A DNA stretch of 63,866 bases, filler included, from Octopus bimaculoides (lineage: Eukaryota): NCBI RefSeq assembly GCF_001194135.2. It is 5 parts of 5 records of this genome, joined end to end, with 100 filler letters (N's around TTAATTAATTAA, not from the genome) between each part and the next. Parts side by side here need not be neighbours in the genome. Positions count along the whole stretch, not along the records: positions 37,803 to 53,138 come from NC_068987.1; positions 53,239 to 61,380 come from NC_069006.1; positions 61,481 to 63,866 come from NC_068990.1; 2 more parts are not named here. The stretch is one strand, 5' to 3'. The translations under genes were made by a program, and so were the position numbers. The notes beneath the pieces were generated by a model. The model saw nothing but the letters and a program-made list of their open reading frames with translations. It was not told where the DNA came from and made no database searches. Below, one piece after another: positions 52,400-63,866 of this stretch; the first letter of the stretch is position 1; every line of letters begins with the position of its first letter.

Positions 52400-52857
52400 T
52401 ATATAGTAGAAGACACCGGCATTGTCATGTCTTTCAGCTTGATGTGTTCAAATCACATCCGGCCATATTTACTTTACATAATATATCTATTTTCCGTTCC
52501 CGGAATTCCCACAATAAATAAATAACTTTATGTAAAGAGAAATCGAAATAGAACAAGTCGTAAGAATCTCGACATATTCAGCTCATTCCTCATATCACTT
52601 CGACCAACAGTGATCAGGGACAGCATGGAAAGTACAAGACCGAATTTGAGGACACACGTGCACGGAAGGATTAGATTTTCGACTTGAATATAACAAATTG
52701 GTATTTTAGAATGTTGAGTTCATTGTGAAACAACGAATTAGTGCTTTGTACAGTACTTTTGACTTGGCCAATAATTTATGAGTGAAATTCGGTCGCTAGA
52801 AACTATTCGGAATCCAGTTATATGTATGTATGTATTATCTATCTATCTATCTATCTA

Positions 52858-52932
<75 letters not shown>

Positions 52933-53250
52933 CTCTATCTATCTATCTATCTATCTATCTGTCTATGTGTAGGATATGTGTAAGTTATGCTCCACGCTTA
53001 TTATGCATATCTTTATTCTGTTTGCTGAAGATGGTGTAGGTAGGACAACTCTTGAGCTAACGATGCTGACAGAGGTAGAAACAAGTAAACCGGATTACCT
53101 CTTGCTTCCAGTCTATTACAACGTGTTTTCGTTAATGGNNNNNNNNNNNNNNNNNNNNNNNNNNNNNNNNNNNNNNNNNNNNTTAATTAATTAANNNNNN
53201 NNNNNNNNNNNNNNNNNNNNNNNNNNNNNNNNNNNNNNATTTTTAATCTG

Positions 53251-53624
53251 TGTTGTTGTTGGCACTCCGTCGCTTACGACGTCGAGGGTTCCAGTTGATC
53301 CAATCGACGGAACAGCCTGCTCGTGAAATTAACGTGCAAGTGGCTGAGCACTCCACAGACACGTGTACCCTTAACGTAGTTCTCGGGGATATTCAGCGTG
53401 ACACAGTGTGACAAGGCTGACCCTTTGACTTACAGGCACAACATAAACAGGAAGTAAAAGTGAGAGAAAGTTGTGGTGGAAGAGTACGGCAGGGTTCGCC
53501 ACCATCCTCTGCCGGAGCCTCGTGGAGCTTTAGGTGTTTTCGTTCAATAAACACTCACAACGCCCGGTCTGGGAATCGAAACCGCGAGTCCGCTGCCCTA
53601 ACCACTGGGCCATTGCACCTCCAC
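53251..53624 (-). mobile_element. SINE family A copy with a 14-nt deletion in the tRNA head
   Basis: Reverse complement of family A; reads aaccgcgagtcc where the 25765 copy reads aaccgcgatcccatgaccgcgagtcc. Confidence 0.92.
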
Positions 53625-53814
53625 AAGGTACAATATATCGTATAGTATTCACGGATTTCTGAAAGCAGGATATAAGAGATTCGGTACTAAATGAAATATA
53701 TTTAATCAATACAGAAAAAAATTATTCGTCAAGGGGAATAACTTTTTCAATTATTCGTCAAGGGACAGAACTTTTCAAAGCTATTTCAGTACTTTCCTCT
53801 CAATTTAGGGGTTA

Positions 53815-54170
53815 ATTAAAATGCACAATACGTGCTCACTAGGGTGGAACGTTTTATCATAGTTTTCGACTTCATGATGAGGATAGTGCTTCCCTGGGCA
53901 CAGATACAATGAACCTCCAATATCTGGCAGCTAACTTAGTAAACACCTGCAAAATTATTAACCATCGCACTAACAACCACCTTGAACACCTTTTTGAGCT
54001 CCATGTGTCTAACACATGTGGGCATGCCTACAAAGTCAGAAAACAGTACAGCCCCCATGACTTTCAGAAGCATTTTTTCATACTCAGAGTTGCTGAAGCA
54101 TGGAACAAACTACCCGCACCAGTTGTTAGTTGCTGAGACATTGCATTCTTTAAAACCTCCATGATAGATC
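53815..54170 (+). mobile_element. 3' end of a CR1/L2-group LINE
   Basis: TCGHAYKVRKQYSPHDFQKHFFILRVAEAWNKLPAPVV matches the typical RGH..KL.....R..FF..RV...WN.LP..VV terminus. Confidence 0.85.
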
Positions 54171-54484
54171 CAAAATGTTTCAGCCATCAATACATTTCAC
54201 TGTTGTCTATGTAACTATGGTTACAAAGTTGTTGTTTGTTTGTTTGTTTTTTTCCACTTTTCCTGTATAGATTATTTGCTATGTCAATAAAACAATAAAA
54301 TAATCCTCGTTATTGATCTGAAGGATACATGTCATGTATGTAAACAGATGTTAATGATCAATTTGCGTGCAAACACTCTTAGAGAAAATATCAATTTAAG
54401 CTGGAAGCCTCTTGATACAAAACTGCCTGAGACCTACCCATGGTTCTGTGGCACAAAAAAATTCAGGTTTTAAAATACCAGGAG

Positions 54485-54742
54485 GTACTGGCAACAGCCA
54501 CGCTCGAAATGGTGTATTTTACGTGCCACCTGCACAAGGGCCAGTCCACCGTTACTGGCAACGAACTCGCTCGAATGTCTTTTCACGTGCCACTGGCACA
54601 AGTGCCAGGAAGGCGTCGTTAGTAACGGTCACGCTCAAATGGTGCTATTTATGTGCCACCGGCACGAAAGCCAGACAGCTGGTGCTCTGGCAACGATCAC
54701 GCTCGGACGGTGCTCTTAGTGATTTATTGGTACAGGTGCCAT
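54485..54742 (+). repeat. Imperfect ~66-bp tandem repeat, 4 units
   Basis: ctggcaac..acgctc(g)aa.ggtg..ttt.(c)gtgccac..gcac recurs at 54488, 54555, ~54621 and 54687. Confidence 0.85.
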
Positions 54743-54764
54743 AAAACAGGATTGAGTTATTCTC

Positions 54765-54970
54765 CAGAACAGCGAGCTGGCAGGGTTGCTATGCTGGGCA
54801 AAATTCTTAGCGGCACTTCGTCTGTCTTTATGTTCTGAGTTCAAGGTTGACTTTGCTTTTCATTCTTTCAGAGTTGATATAATAAGGACCAGCTAAGCAC
54901 GGGGGTTGATGCAATCCACTTACATCCACCTAAAAATTGCTGACCTTTGTGCTAGAATTTGAAACCAATT
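54765..54970 (+). mobile_element. SINE family C copy
   Basis: Head agcgagctggcag..gggcaaaattcttagcggcacttcgtc and core gttgactttgcttttcattc. Confidence 0.75.
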
Positions 54971-55087
54971 GGCCAGAGTTAATATCCATTGACAAGGATG
55001 AAAAAGCAACAAAAGTTTTGGAAGAAATAATATATAAATAATAAATGAGTAGAAATCAAACCAGTGAGTGTGTCAGACAAGAAGGCA

Positions 55088-55317
55088 TTGACTCTTTCAT
55101 TACTGTATTTATTTTGAGATGCTCTGTGTTTCTTTCAATTATTTTAAATATAACAAAGAATTTAGTAAAATAACTTAGTTATCATTAAGCTAGTGTCAGG
55201 AACATTAATTGTGACTAAGGTTTGGTGGAAGATTTTAATTCAAAACTTATGAAAACAAGACATTTGTACTACAGAGCCGGAAGTGGTTTCAGCTGGGTTT
55301 GGTATCAAAAGGGTTAA
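55088..55317. mobile_element. piggyBac-like non-autonomous element
   Basis: Right end aaaaggg+TTAA (55314-55317); left end ttga+ctctttc is a decayed TTAA+ccctttc; no coding capacity. Confidence 0.45.
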
Positions 55318-55659
55318 GACAGTATGACTCTCCCCACCCACAACATAATATTAAGATTGTTCAACAAAAAAATACAAGCATCAATATATACGTGTGTATG
55401 CATGTGTGTGTGTGTGTGTGTAAAGGGATAGGTGACAGATGGAGAGAGAGAGGGGGAGAGAAATAATGTGTAGCAGGTGCAGTATGATCATCAATAGTAT
55501 GTATAGGAAAAAGACAATGAAAACAAGATAAATCAATACCATAATCCACAAGCCAGCATTGGAGCCTCTATGTCGTCACTTGACCTGCTAGAAATAGCAG
55601 CCAAATCTCCCTCAAAATGCACCCAGCATCTTACAAAAAAGAATACATTTGGTCATGGA

Positions 55660-55815
55660 CATGTGAATTTTGGAAGAGAGGCCATGCAAGTCTACCAGGT
55701 AGATGGAAGAGCATTGTAGAAAATGAAGAAGAGTATATTTTAGATTAAAAAAGAATTTTGTTTATCTTAATTTTGAAAAATAAAAGTATAAAAAAACCAC
55801 ATTAGTTATGGGATG

Positions 55816-55822
<7 letters not shown>
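55660..55822 (+). mobile_element. 3' end of a mariner transposon
   Basis: SLPGRWKSIVENEEEYILD* followed by TIR ttatgggatgacccta+TA, running into (TA)n. Confidence 0.7.
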
Positions 55823-55850
<28 letters not shown>

Positions 55851-56071
55851 NNNNNNNNNNNNNNNNNNNNNNNNNNNNNNNNNNNNNNNNNNNNNNNNNN
55901 NNNNNNNNNNNNNNNNNNNNNNNNNNNNNNNNNNNNNNNNNNNNNNNNNNNNNNNNNNNNNNNNNNNNNNNNNNNNNNNNNNNNNNNNNNNNNNNNNNNN
56001 NNNNNNNNNNNNNNNNNNNNNNNNNNNNNNNNNNNNNNNNNNNNNNNNNNNNNNNNNNNNNNNNNNGGATG

Positions 56072-56126
<55 letters not shown>

Positions 56127-56852
56127 TTTTCTTTGTCCTCACTATTATCGCTTGACAACTAATGTTAGTGTGTTTATGTTCCCATAACTTAGTGGTTCGG
56201 CAAAAGACACTGATAGAATAAATTCTAGGCTTACAAAGAATAAATCCCTTTAAGATGGTGCTCCAGCATGGCTGCAGTCAAATGGCTTAAACAAGTAACA
56301 GACAAAAAGAATATACCTGAGACAATAATTTGAATTTGCAATGCATTGAAACTATGTTTTCTTTCTCAGTAACACAGAAGATTTTAGGCTTGGTTTTTAT
56401 GATTTTGAAAGCCTTCCTTTCTTTCTTTCACTATTTCCTGATTTTATGTGTGAGGAAATTGTTTTATTCTCATTCAGCTCTTATTTTTGTGTTGTCTTTT
56501 TTGCCACTTCTCCTTGACTTCTCTATGTAAATGGATCATGGCATTTGTATTTCATCTTGAGAACTTTTCTGTCCATGAGAATTTTGTCCTGATGATCCTT
56601 GGCCTATTTCTCAAGCATTATTTGATAATACATCTCTTGTATTAATGACATAAATTAATTCACTTTCAGGTCATTTCTTTCAGTGACATAGCCAAGAGGG
56701 AGGAGACCAGTAGCCATGGCCTTTTTCGTGGCTGCCATGACGGGTGGGAAGAATCAAAGAAAATATATACTCAGACTGGATGCTAGTTCAAAATGTTTGT
56801 AACGACAAGGACTCTAAAGTACATACATGACAGATAATGGCACAAAACTGAG

Positions 56853-56897
<45 letters not shown>

Positions 56898-57477
56898 TGA
56901 ACATACACTTATATACATACATACATACATACAGTCCAACCAATGCCAGTATGGAAAAATAGATGTAGAAATGATTACCATGACAACGACAACAATGAAG
57001 AGAATGACATATGTTTATACATATGTATGCACACACAGACACACACACACACACTTATACATATATTCTAAATGTCATTATCCCATATGTCACAATATTT
57101 CACCCAAATAAATCACTGGAATCTGACCATTCTAGAAATTGCTTGCAAAATTATAGCTAAACATTAACATGTCACACCATTGTGTTGTGTTTACACATAT
57201 TTTTACATGTGTGTGTGTCATCATCATCATCGTTTAACGTCCGCTTTCCATGCTAGCATGGGTTGGACGATTTGACTGAGGACTGGTGAAACCGGATGGC
57301 AACACCAGGCTCCGTATGTATATATATCTATATATATATATATNNNNNNNNNNNNNNNNNNNNNNNNNNNNNNNNNNNNNNNNNNNNNNNNNNNNNNNNN
57401 NNNNNNNNNNNNNNNNNNNNNNNNNNNNNNNNNNNNNNNNNNNNNAGAGAGAGAGAGAGAGAGAGAGATAAACATAT

Positions 57478-57643
57478 GTAGGTGTAGGCATAGTTGTGTG
57501 GTAAGAAGCTTGCTTTCCAGCCACATGGTTCCAGGTTCAGTCCCACTGCGTGGCACCTTGGGCAAGTGTCTTCTACTATAGCCTCGTGCTGACCAAAGCC
57601 TTGTGAGTGGATTTGGTAGACGGAAACTGAAAGAAGCCCATCG

Positions 57644-57684
<41 letters not shown>

Positions 57685-57890
57685 ATATGTTTGTGTGTGT
57701 GTGTTCCAACATCGCTTGACATCGATACTGGTGTGTTTACGTCCCCGTAACTTAGTGGTTCGGCATAAGAGACCAATAGAATAAGTACTAGGCTTACAAA
57801 GAATAAGTCCTGGGGTCGATTTGCTCGACTAAAGGTGGTGCTCCAGCATGGCTGCAGTTAAAATGGCTGAAACGAATAAAAGAATAAAAG
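57478..57890 (+). mobile_element. Full-length SINE family B
   Basis: Head, core ggcaccttgggcaagtgtcttctactatagcc, internal (TA)n(TG)n, tail to aagaataaaag. Confidence 0.9.
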
Positions 57891-57897
57891 AATATAT

Positions 57898-58191
57898 ATG
57901 TAACATATCTGGAATGGCACAACAAGACAGAGTGGGCTATGATATCTGTTATAAATAATTTAATTATTCATAGTCTAATATAATATTTCGGAATATAAAA
58001 ATTCCTTCTTCAGATATTACTAGGAAGTAATGGAGTCGGAAAACCAACTATAACAGTGACTCCATTAGTTCCTATCTGAATAAGGAATTTTTATATTCTG
58101 AAATATTATTTTAGACTATGAATAATTGAATTATCTATAACTGTTATTGTAGTCCATTCTGCATTGTTATGTCATTCCAGACACATTACAT
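57898..58191. mobile_element. Foldback (near-palindromic) MITE of ~294 bp
   Basis: 57908-58037 pairs with 58058-58181 with about 16 substitutions and one 6-nt indel; 20-nt spacer. Confidence 0.9.
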
Positions 58192-59558
58192 TTCACAAAC
58201 AATACACTCTTATATACAGTGAACTACAACACACTCTTATATATATATATATATATGTGTATATATATATATATATGAAATGGTTGAGAATCCCTAACCC
58301 ATGCCAGCATGGAAAGTAGACATTAAATGATGAGGATGATGTAAGTTTTTAAATGAAAGTGATCAATTAATTGATAGACATGTCCGGACTATCTCACTTC
58401 TATGTTAGCAATTTCAGTGGATCATTTTATTGAATTCCAATAACTGTTAATTGAATATCTCACTATGACATGTGGAGGATAAAATAAACAAAACAACAAC
58501 AACAACAACAACAAACAGAACAAGTTCTATCAGGTTCAATGCTGTTTGTGATATTGATCCACTTCAGTATTACTTACTTACTAATCCATCAGCAATCATT
58601 GGTTTTTATTTTCTATCTTTCACTTGTTTCAGTCATTGGACAGCAGCCCTGCTGGGACCATCACCTAGAAGGCTTTTAAGTCAGACAAATCAACCCCCAG
58701 TACTTATGGGTCTTTTTTAAGTCTTTGTACTTCAGTGACTTTTGTTGAACTGCTAAGTCACAAAGATGCAAACAAACCTACACCAGTTATCAAATGAATG
58801 GGAGGGGCTGACACGAACATACATAATGTTGCCAATGTAGCATTTAAAATTTCCTCAATCCTGAATATAACTAAGGGATGTAATTAAAAATAAATTTCTT
58901 ATAACATGATTAGACTTCAGCATTTTGTTTTCATATCAAACATTTTTTAAAGTACTTTTTCTACTGAAATTTAACATAAAATTGTTATTTTTGTTGGCAA
59001 CACTAAACACACACACACACACACACACATTTATATACTGGTCTTCAACACAGCTTTTGTCTGCAAAATCCACTGATAAGCTTTGGTTGGCCTAGTGCTT
59101 ATAGTAAAAGACCCTTACCCAAGGTACCATGCAGTGGAACTAAAACCGAAACCACATGGTTGCAGAGTAGTATTTTAACATAAAGTTGCTTCAACAGCAC
59201 TCCTTAATAACATTTAAAGCCTAACTACCTGGTTATTTTATTATAGCATTTCAATTTATGTTAGTGTGATTGCGTGTACAGTAATGAATTGGTAAATATT
59301 AAAGATTTATTTGTTTTTTTTTTGGGGGGGGGGGGTCTTTACTTAGCACATATCTTCCCCACTCCTGTAGGCTCTTTATGCATATGCAAATTCGTTCCTG
59401 GTACTAACTGGAAAGGTTAGGTTCGCCACTCGTGTTGTTTTAATTACGATACCGTCGAGTTTCCATAGAAAAATGACGTGCTCGAAATACAGGATTTCAT
59501 CAGATGGCCTTTGTTAGTTTAACAAGTGGATTGTGTCTGTGTGCTGTTGCTCGTGACT

Positions 59559-59680
59559 GTGTGTGTGTGTGCGCGTGTGAGAAAGACATTCTGCGAGCGT
59601 GTGTGTGTGTGTGCGCGTGTGAGAAAGACATTCTGCGAGCGTGTGTGTGTGTGCGCGTGTGAGAAAGACATTCTGCGAGC
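59559..59680 (+). repeat. Three-copy 40-42-bp minisatellite (gt)n-gcgcgtgtgagaaagacattctgcgagc
   Basis: Identical 28-nt unique part in all three units; length varies only in the GT tract. Confidence 0.95.
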
Positions 59681-60316
59681 GTGTGTGTGCGTGTGTGTGT
59701 GGTTTCTTTAAAATCTGATTGCGTAAAGGCTGAATTGATGTTCACTATTGTGATAATCTTTTACGCACGGAGACACCTCGACATTGTTGTCTCTCTCATA
59801 CACACTCACACTTTACAAATCTATTTATAAATGTATATATATATATATATGTGTGTGTCCCGATTCATTCCTGAGGTCGAATTCCGCCGAGGTCGATTTT
59901 GCCTCTCATTCTTTCGGTATAGTTAAAATAGGTAACGGGGTCGGTGTAATAATCTTAACCCCATTTTCACTAAAACTGCTGGTCTGAGGCTAAAATTTGA
60001 AGCCATTTATAGTTTTACTAACGGAAGAAAGAACTCAATACGTAAAAACATATACATATATTTTATACTTTATTATACTTCATTAGACTGCGGCCATGCT
60101 GGGGCATCACCTTGAATGGTTTAATCGAAGGAATCGATCCTACAATTCACTATTTAAAGCTTGGTACCTATTCTATTGGTCTCTTTTTAACGAAGCGCCA
60201 TGCATTATGTTATGCGGTCGTAAACAAACCAGCACTGGTTTTCAAGTGGTGGTATGGAACGAACACACACACACCAGGGTCAATACTGCGTGAATCACAG
60301 TGCTGTCTCTCCCTAG

Positions 60317-60403
60317 GGTGCAGATTCCTATCTTGGATTTGTGAGCATGCACACAACAGCCAAACACCGCGTCGCTGGAACTGTGAAGTGTACAGTTCTA
60401 TAA
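60317..60403 (+). CDS. Candidate terminal exon ending in a CaaX box (GADSYLGFVSMHTTAKHRVAGTVKCTVL*)
   Basis: gtctctccctag acceptor, phase-0 frame open to TAA 60401-60403, C-terminal CTVL, AATAAA at 60706-60711. Confidence 0.25.
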   Translation, partial: GADSYLGFVSMHTTAKHRVAGTVKCTVL

Positions 60404-61489
60404 AATGATTAAAAAAATGTTATCATAAACTAGGGGATGGCTACTGACATTAAACTTAAAGATTATATAATATACAAGTTTAAAGAAAAAAGGGCTCATT
60501 ATACTGAATGTTATCGATAATATCAAATGGGAATAGGGGGTGTTGCAGTTCTGCAGTACCTATACACGAGCCGCCGCTGCATAAACATATTTACACAAGT
60601 GTGCCCACCCACCTCCACTGGCTTTGTTTTCTATAACACATCACTTCTTTCATAGATTACACATAATGTTTATAAACAGATTTGGTGAACTAAATCATTC
60701 AACGAAATAAATAGAAAACTGTGCCAAGGTTCTTGTAATGGGGAAATTTTATTTCATCATCTACTTGGTCTATTTTCAGATATGATAGTGGCAATACACA
60801 CACACACACACCTTTTTATCTCTTCTCTATTCCTTTTTTTTTTCAGTCATTAGACTATGGCCATCCACTCGCAAGGGTTTGGTCTGCCCTAGATTATAGT
60901 AGAAGACACTTGTTCTCGGTGTCACACAGTGGGACTGAACCCAGAACCATGTAATTGGGAAGCAAGCTTCTTATAACAGTCACGCCTGTGTCTTTAAATA
61001 TTTTAATAAAATATGTGTTTTAATTGGATAAAACATGATTAAGTGTTCCATCTCTGATCATCCCATCTTTTTTTTTTCCATTTTCTTTTTTCAGAGATAG
61101 TTTGTAGCTAAAACTATATCCTCTAATTTGTCATTCTCTTTCTTTTAACTGTTTTCCTGTCCTGTATATCATGTGATACACACAACATATTTCCCTGGTG
61201 TCATACATTATATATGACACACAGAACACATTTCATTGGCGTCAATGCATAATATATGATATTTTGATGGAGTTCAGAATTTATTAAAGCTGCAACAAAT
61301 AGATAGATAGGATTATAGGGAAGGAGATGGCAAAATAATTTATTTTAAATTTCCTGTTTAGTTTCAGCATGTAGGGGGGGNNNNNNNNNNNNNNNNNNNN
61401 NNNNNNNNNNNNNNNNNNNNNNNNTTAATTAATTAANNNNNNNNNNNNNNNNNNNNNNNNNNNNNNNNNNNNNNNNNNNNACACACACA

Positions 61490-61635
61490 CACACATATAT
61501 ATATATGCATATATACGATAGGCTTCTTTCAGTTTCCATCTACCAAATCCACTCACAAGGCTTTGGTCGGCCCGAGGCTATAGTAGAAGACACTTGCCCG
61601 AGGTGCCACGCAGTGGGACTGAACCCGGAACCATG
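61490..61635 (-). mobile_element. SINE family B 5' half
   Basis: Reverse complement of the family B head and core. Further decayed family B pieces occur near 36290-36510, 41875-42000, 56120-56310, 59030-59170 and 60810-60990. Confidence 0.85.
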
Positions 61636-62370
61636 TGGTTGATAAGCAAGCTATAATGTTCAAAAGTTTTAAAGAGATATATAGAAGAAAGTGGCCAGTG
61701 GTAATAAGGGTAAAGAAGGAGAGAAACAGCGAGAGGGCAAGTAAATTAGAATTAACAGTAAGCTAGGCTAGTCACTGGGGCGAGGCATTATCCGAAGTAT
61801 GGCCTAGAGTTACAGGGTGACGTACAAGATAAAATATATTTACAAGCCACCAGCTGTGTGATGTGATGGTCAATGCATTGTGTGGGAAGGAAAAAGTTAT
61901 GCTAAGCAGAGGGGAGAGGCAGGAGGTTTGAGAAGTCATGTAAGCATATGGTTATAAAGCAACTGACTACGATGTGTATATATGTGTTGCATGTGTGTGT
62001 GTATGAGTGTGCGTGTGTGTTGTTGCTGTGTGTCCGATACCCCTTGACAACCGCTGTTGGTTTCTTTATGGCCCCATAACTTTGTGTTTCGGCAAGTCTG
62101 GTATCCTGCTGATGAAGTATGTGCAAGTTTTTATTGTTTTACAAGCTTTTATCTCACCGAAGCAATTCCTAATGCTGTGAATTTTCTTAGGTTATTGTAG
62201 TTAAAAAGTCTCGCTTCGTTAGAATAAATATCGACTTAAAAAAAAAAAAAACAAGTATTGGGGTCGATTTGTTCGACTAAACCTTTCAAGGCGGTACCTC
62301 AATGGCAGCATATGTCAATGAGAAAAATAAGTAAAAGTTAAAAGCTAAAAGGTAAAAAGTAAATAATATA

Positions 62371-62792
62371 GGCGCAGTGGTGGCTGTGTGGTAAGTAGCT
62401 TGCATACCAGCCACATGGTTCCGGGTTCAGTCCCACTGCGTGGCACCTTGGGCAAGTGTCTTCTACTATAGCCTCGGGCCGACCAAAGCCTTGTGAGTGN
62501 NNNNNNNNNAAGCCTTGTGAGTGGATTTGGTAGACGGAAACTGAAAGAAGCCCGTCGTATATATGCATATATATATGTATGTGTGTGTGTATGATTGTGT
62601 GTCTGTGTTTGTCCCCCTAGCATTGCTTGACAACCGATGCTGGTGTGTTTAAGTCTCTGTCACTTAGAGGTTCGGCAAAAAGAGAACCCAATAGAATAAG
62701 TACTAGACTTACAAAGAATAAGTCCCGGGGTCGATTTGCTCGACTAAAGGCGGTGCTCCAGCATGGCCACAGTCGAATGACTGAAAGAAGTA
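62371..62792 (+). mobile_element. Full-length SINE family B
   Basis: tggctgtgtgg A-box, ggttcagtccc B-box, complete core and tail; contains a 10-N gap with duplicated flanks. Confidence 0.9.
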
Positions 62793-63234
62793 AAGGTGTA
62801 ATAATTAATGTTTTTTGCTCAATTTATTACAGTCCACACGGGAAGCCTGTTTCACGGATGCATGCTGCTTGTGTCCTGATTCTTTCTATACGTAATCAAG
62901 ACTTTGTGGGGAAATTCTTTCCGTTGAATTGATTATTTTGGTAAAAATTCAAAAAAGAATCACTAAGATTTTCAACTTGCTCTTTTTTTTTTTTTTTCAA
63001 CTAATGTGTGTTCTATTGTAAACTTTGACCTATTTTTGCCAGCATATTCCTGGTAGGTGTATACTGAATAACAGAATAGAGGTGCCGAAGAAGTGGGGGG
63101 TGGGGTGGGGAGAGGAGAAGAAGGTGAGGGGAAATAAAAAAAAAGACTGGAGAGAGAAATAAAGAGAATGTTGATAAAATATAAGGAAAAAATTCTTCAT
63201 TTCACTTCCTCTTACTACTGCTATCACCCCACCC

Positions 63235-63235
63235 A

Positions 63236-63276
<41 letters not shown>

Positions 63277-63277
63277 T

Positions 63278-63372
<95 letters not shown>

Positions 63373-63375
63373 TTA
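63235..63375. repeat. (ACT)n microsatellite
   Basis: Long cta run; explains the poly-Ser and poly-Thr ORFs. Confidence 0.97.
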
Positions 63376-63586
63376 TCTGTGCTGTTTCTTTTGCTTAACC
63401 AAATCAAGAAAACAGAGGAAATTTTTTTATCGATAAGAAAAAATTATTCCTGTTCTAAAGAAAAATATATTGGGTTGAAAGATCTTTGAGCGCACGCGCG
63501 TACACACATACACACACACATACGCACGCACGTGCTCATGTACGCACGCACATACGCGTATATATGTATATACAAACACACACATA

Positions 63587-63621
<35 letters not shown>

Positions 63622-63816
63622 NNNNNNNNNNCACACACATACACACACACTCACACGCACATGAACAATCGCCAACATTTAACGAAGACTTCTGAAGAGA
63701 AATATCTCGGGTCGAAAACTCTTCACCACCCTCCACGCATAAACCTAGAAAAATACATACACCCACACACATCTACACATGAAAATACGCACATACATAT
63801 ATTTATACATATGTAC

Positions 63817-63866
<50 letters not shown>

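Noticed and set aside
55811-56080. ggatgacccta(ta)n repeated on both sides of a gap, and aagccttgtgagtg on both sides of the gap at 62500
   Set aside because: Typical unmerged contig overlaps rather than real duplications.
56660-56760. GC-richer patch with possible splice sites on both strands
   Set aside because: Several mutually exclusive exon readings and no homology; cannot be supported.
59470-59510. Minus-strand CTGATGA-aat cctgt att-tcGAGCAC-GTC
   Set aside because: GAAA is absent, the stem II base is mismatched and stem I is only 2 bp.

Overview
Gap-rich, AT-rich eukaryotic genomic DNA, most likely from an Octopus-type cephalopod (inferred from repeat content). I could not identify any intact known protein-coding gene; nearly all ORFs in the supplied track are microsatellite or N-gap artefacts. 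The window is a transposon graveyard. It holds four sizeable degenerate mariner copies plus several Tc1/mariner ends, two pieces of an R4/Dong-type restriction-like-endonuclease LINE, two CR1/L2-type LINE pieces, at least four Penelope-like element (PLE) remnants, three tRNA-type SINE families (one with clear TSDs), MITEs/foldbacks, and many micro- and minisatellites. The most notable signal is RNA-level: four unrelated type I hammerhead-ribozyme motifs. The one at 37883-37975 (minus strand) has a fully canonical core, a GUC cleavage site and an unusually long stem II that contains copies of both stem I strands. It sits directly 3' of a decayed PLE GIY-YIG coding region. Other unexplained structure includes a diverged inverted duplication at 49.2-49.7 kb, a tail-to-tail PLE pair, a 15-bp minisatellite resembling a mariner TIR tip, and a few low-confidence plus-strand exon candidates. 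TTAATTAATTAA blocks inside N gaps are assembly spacers. All alignments and translations were done by hand.
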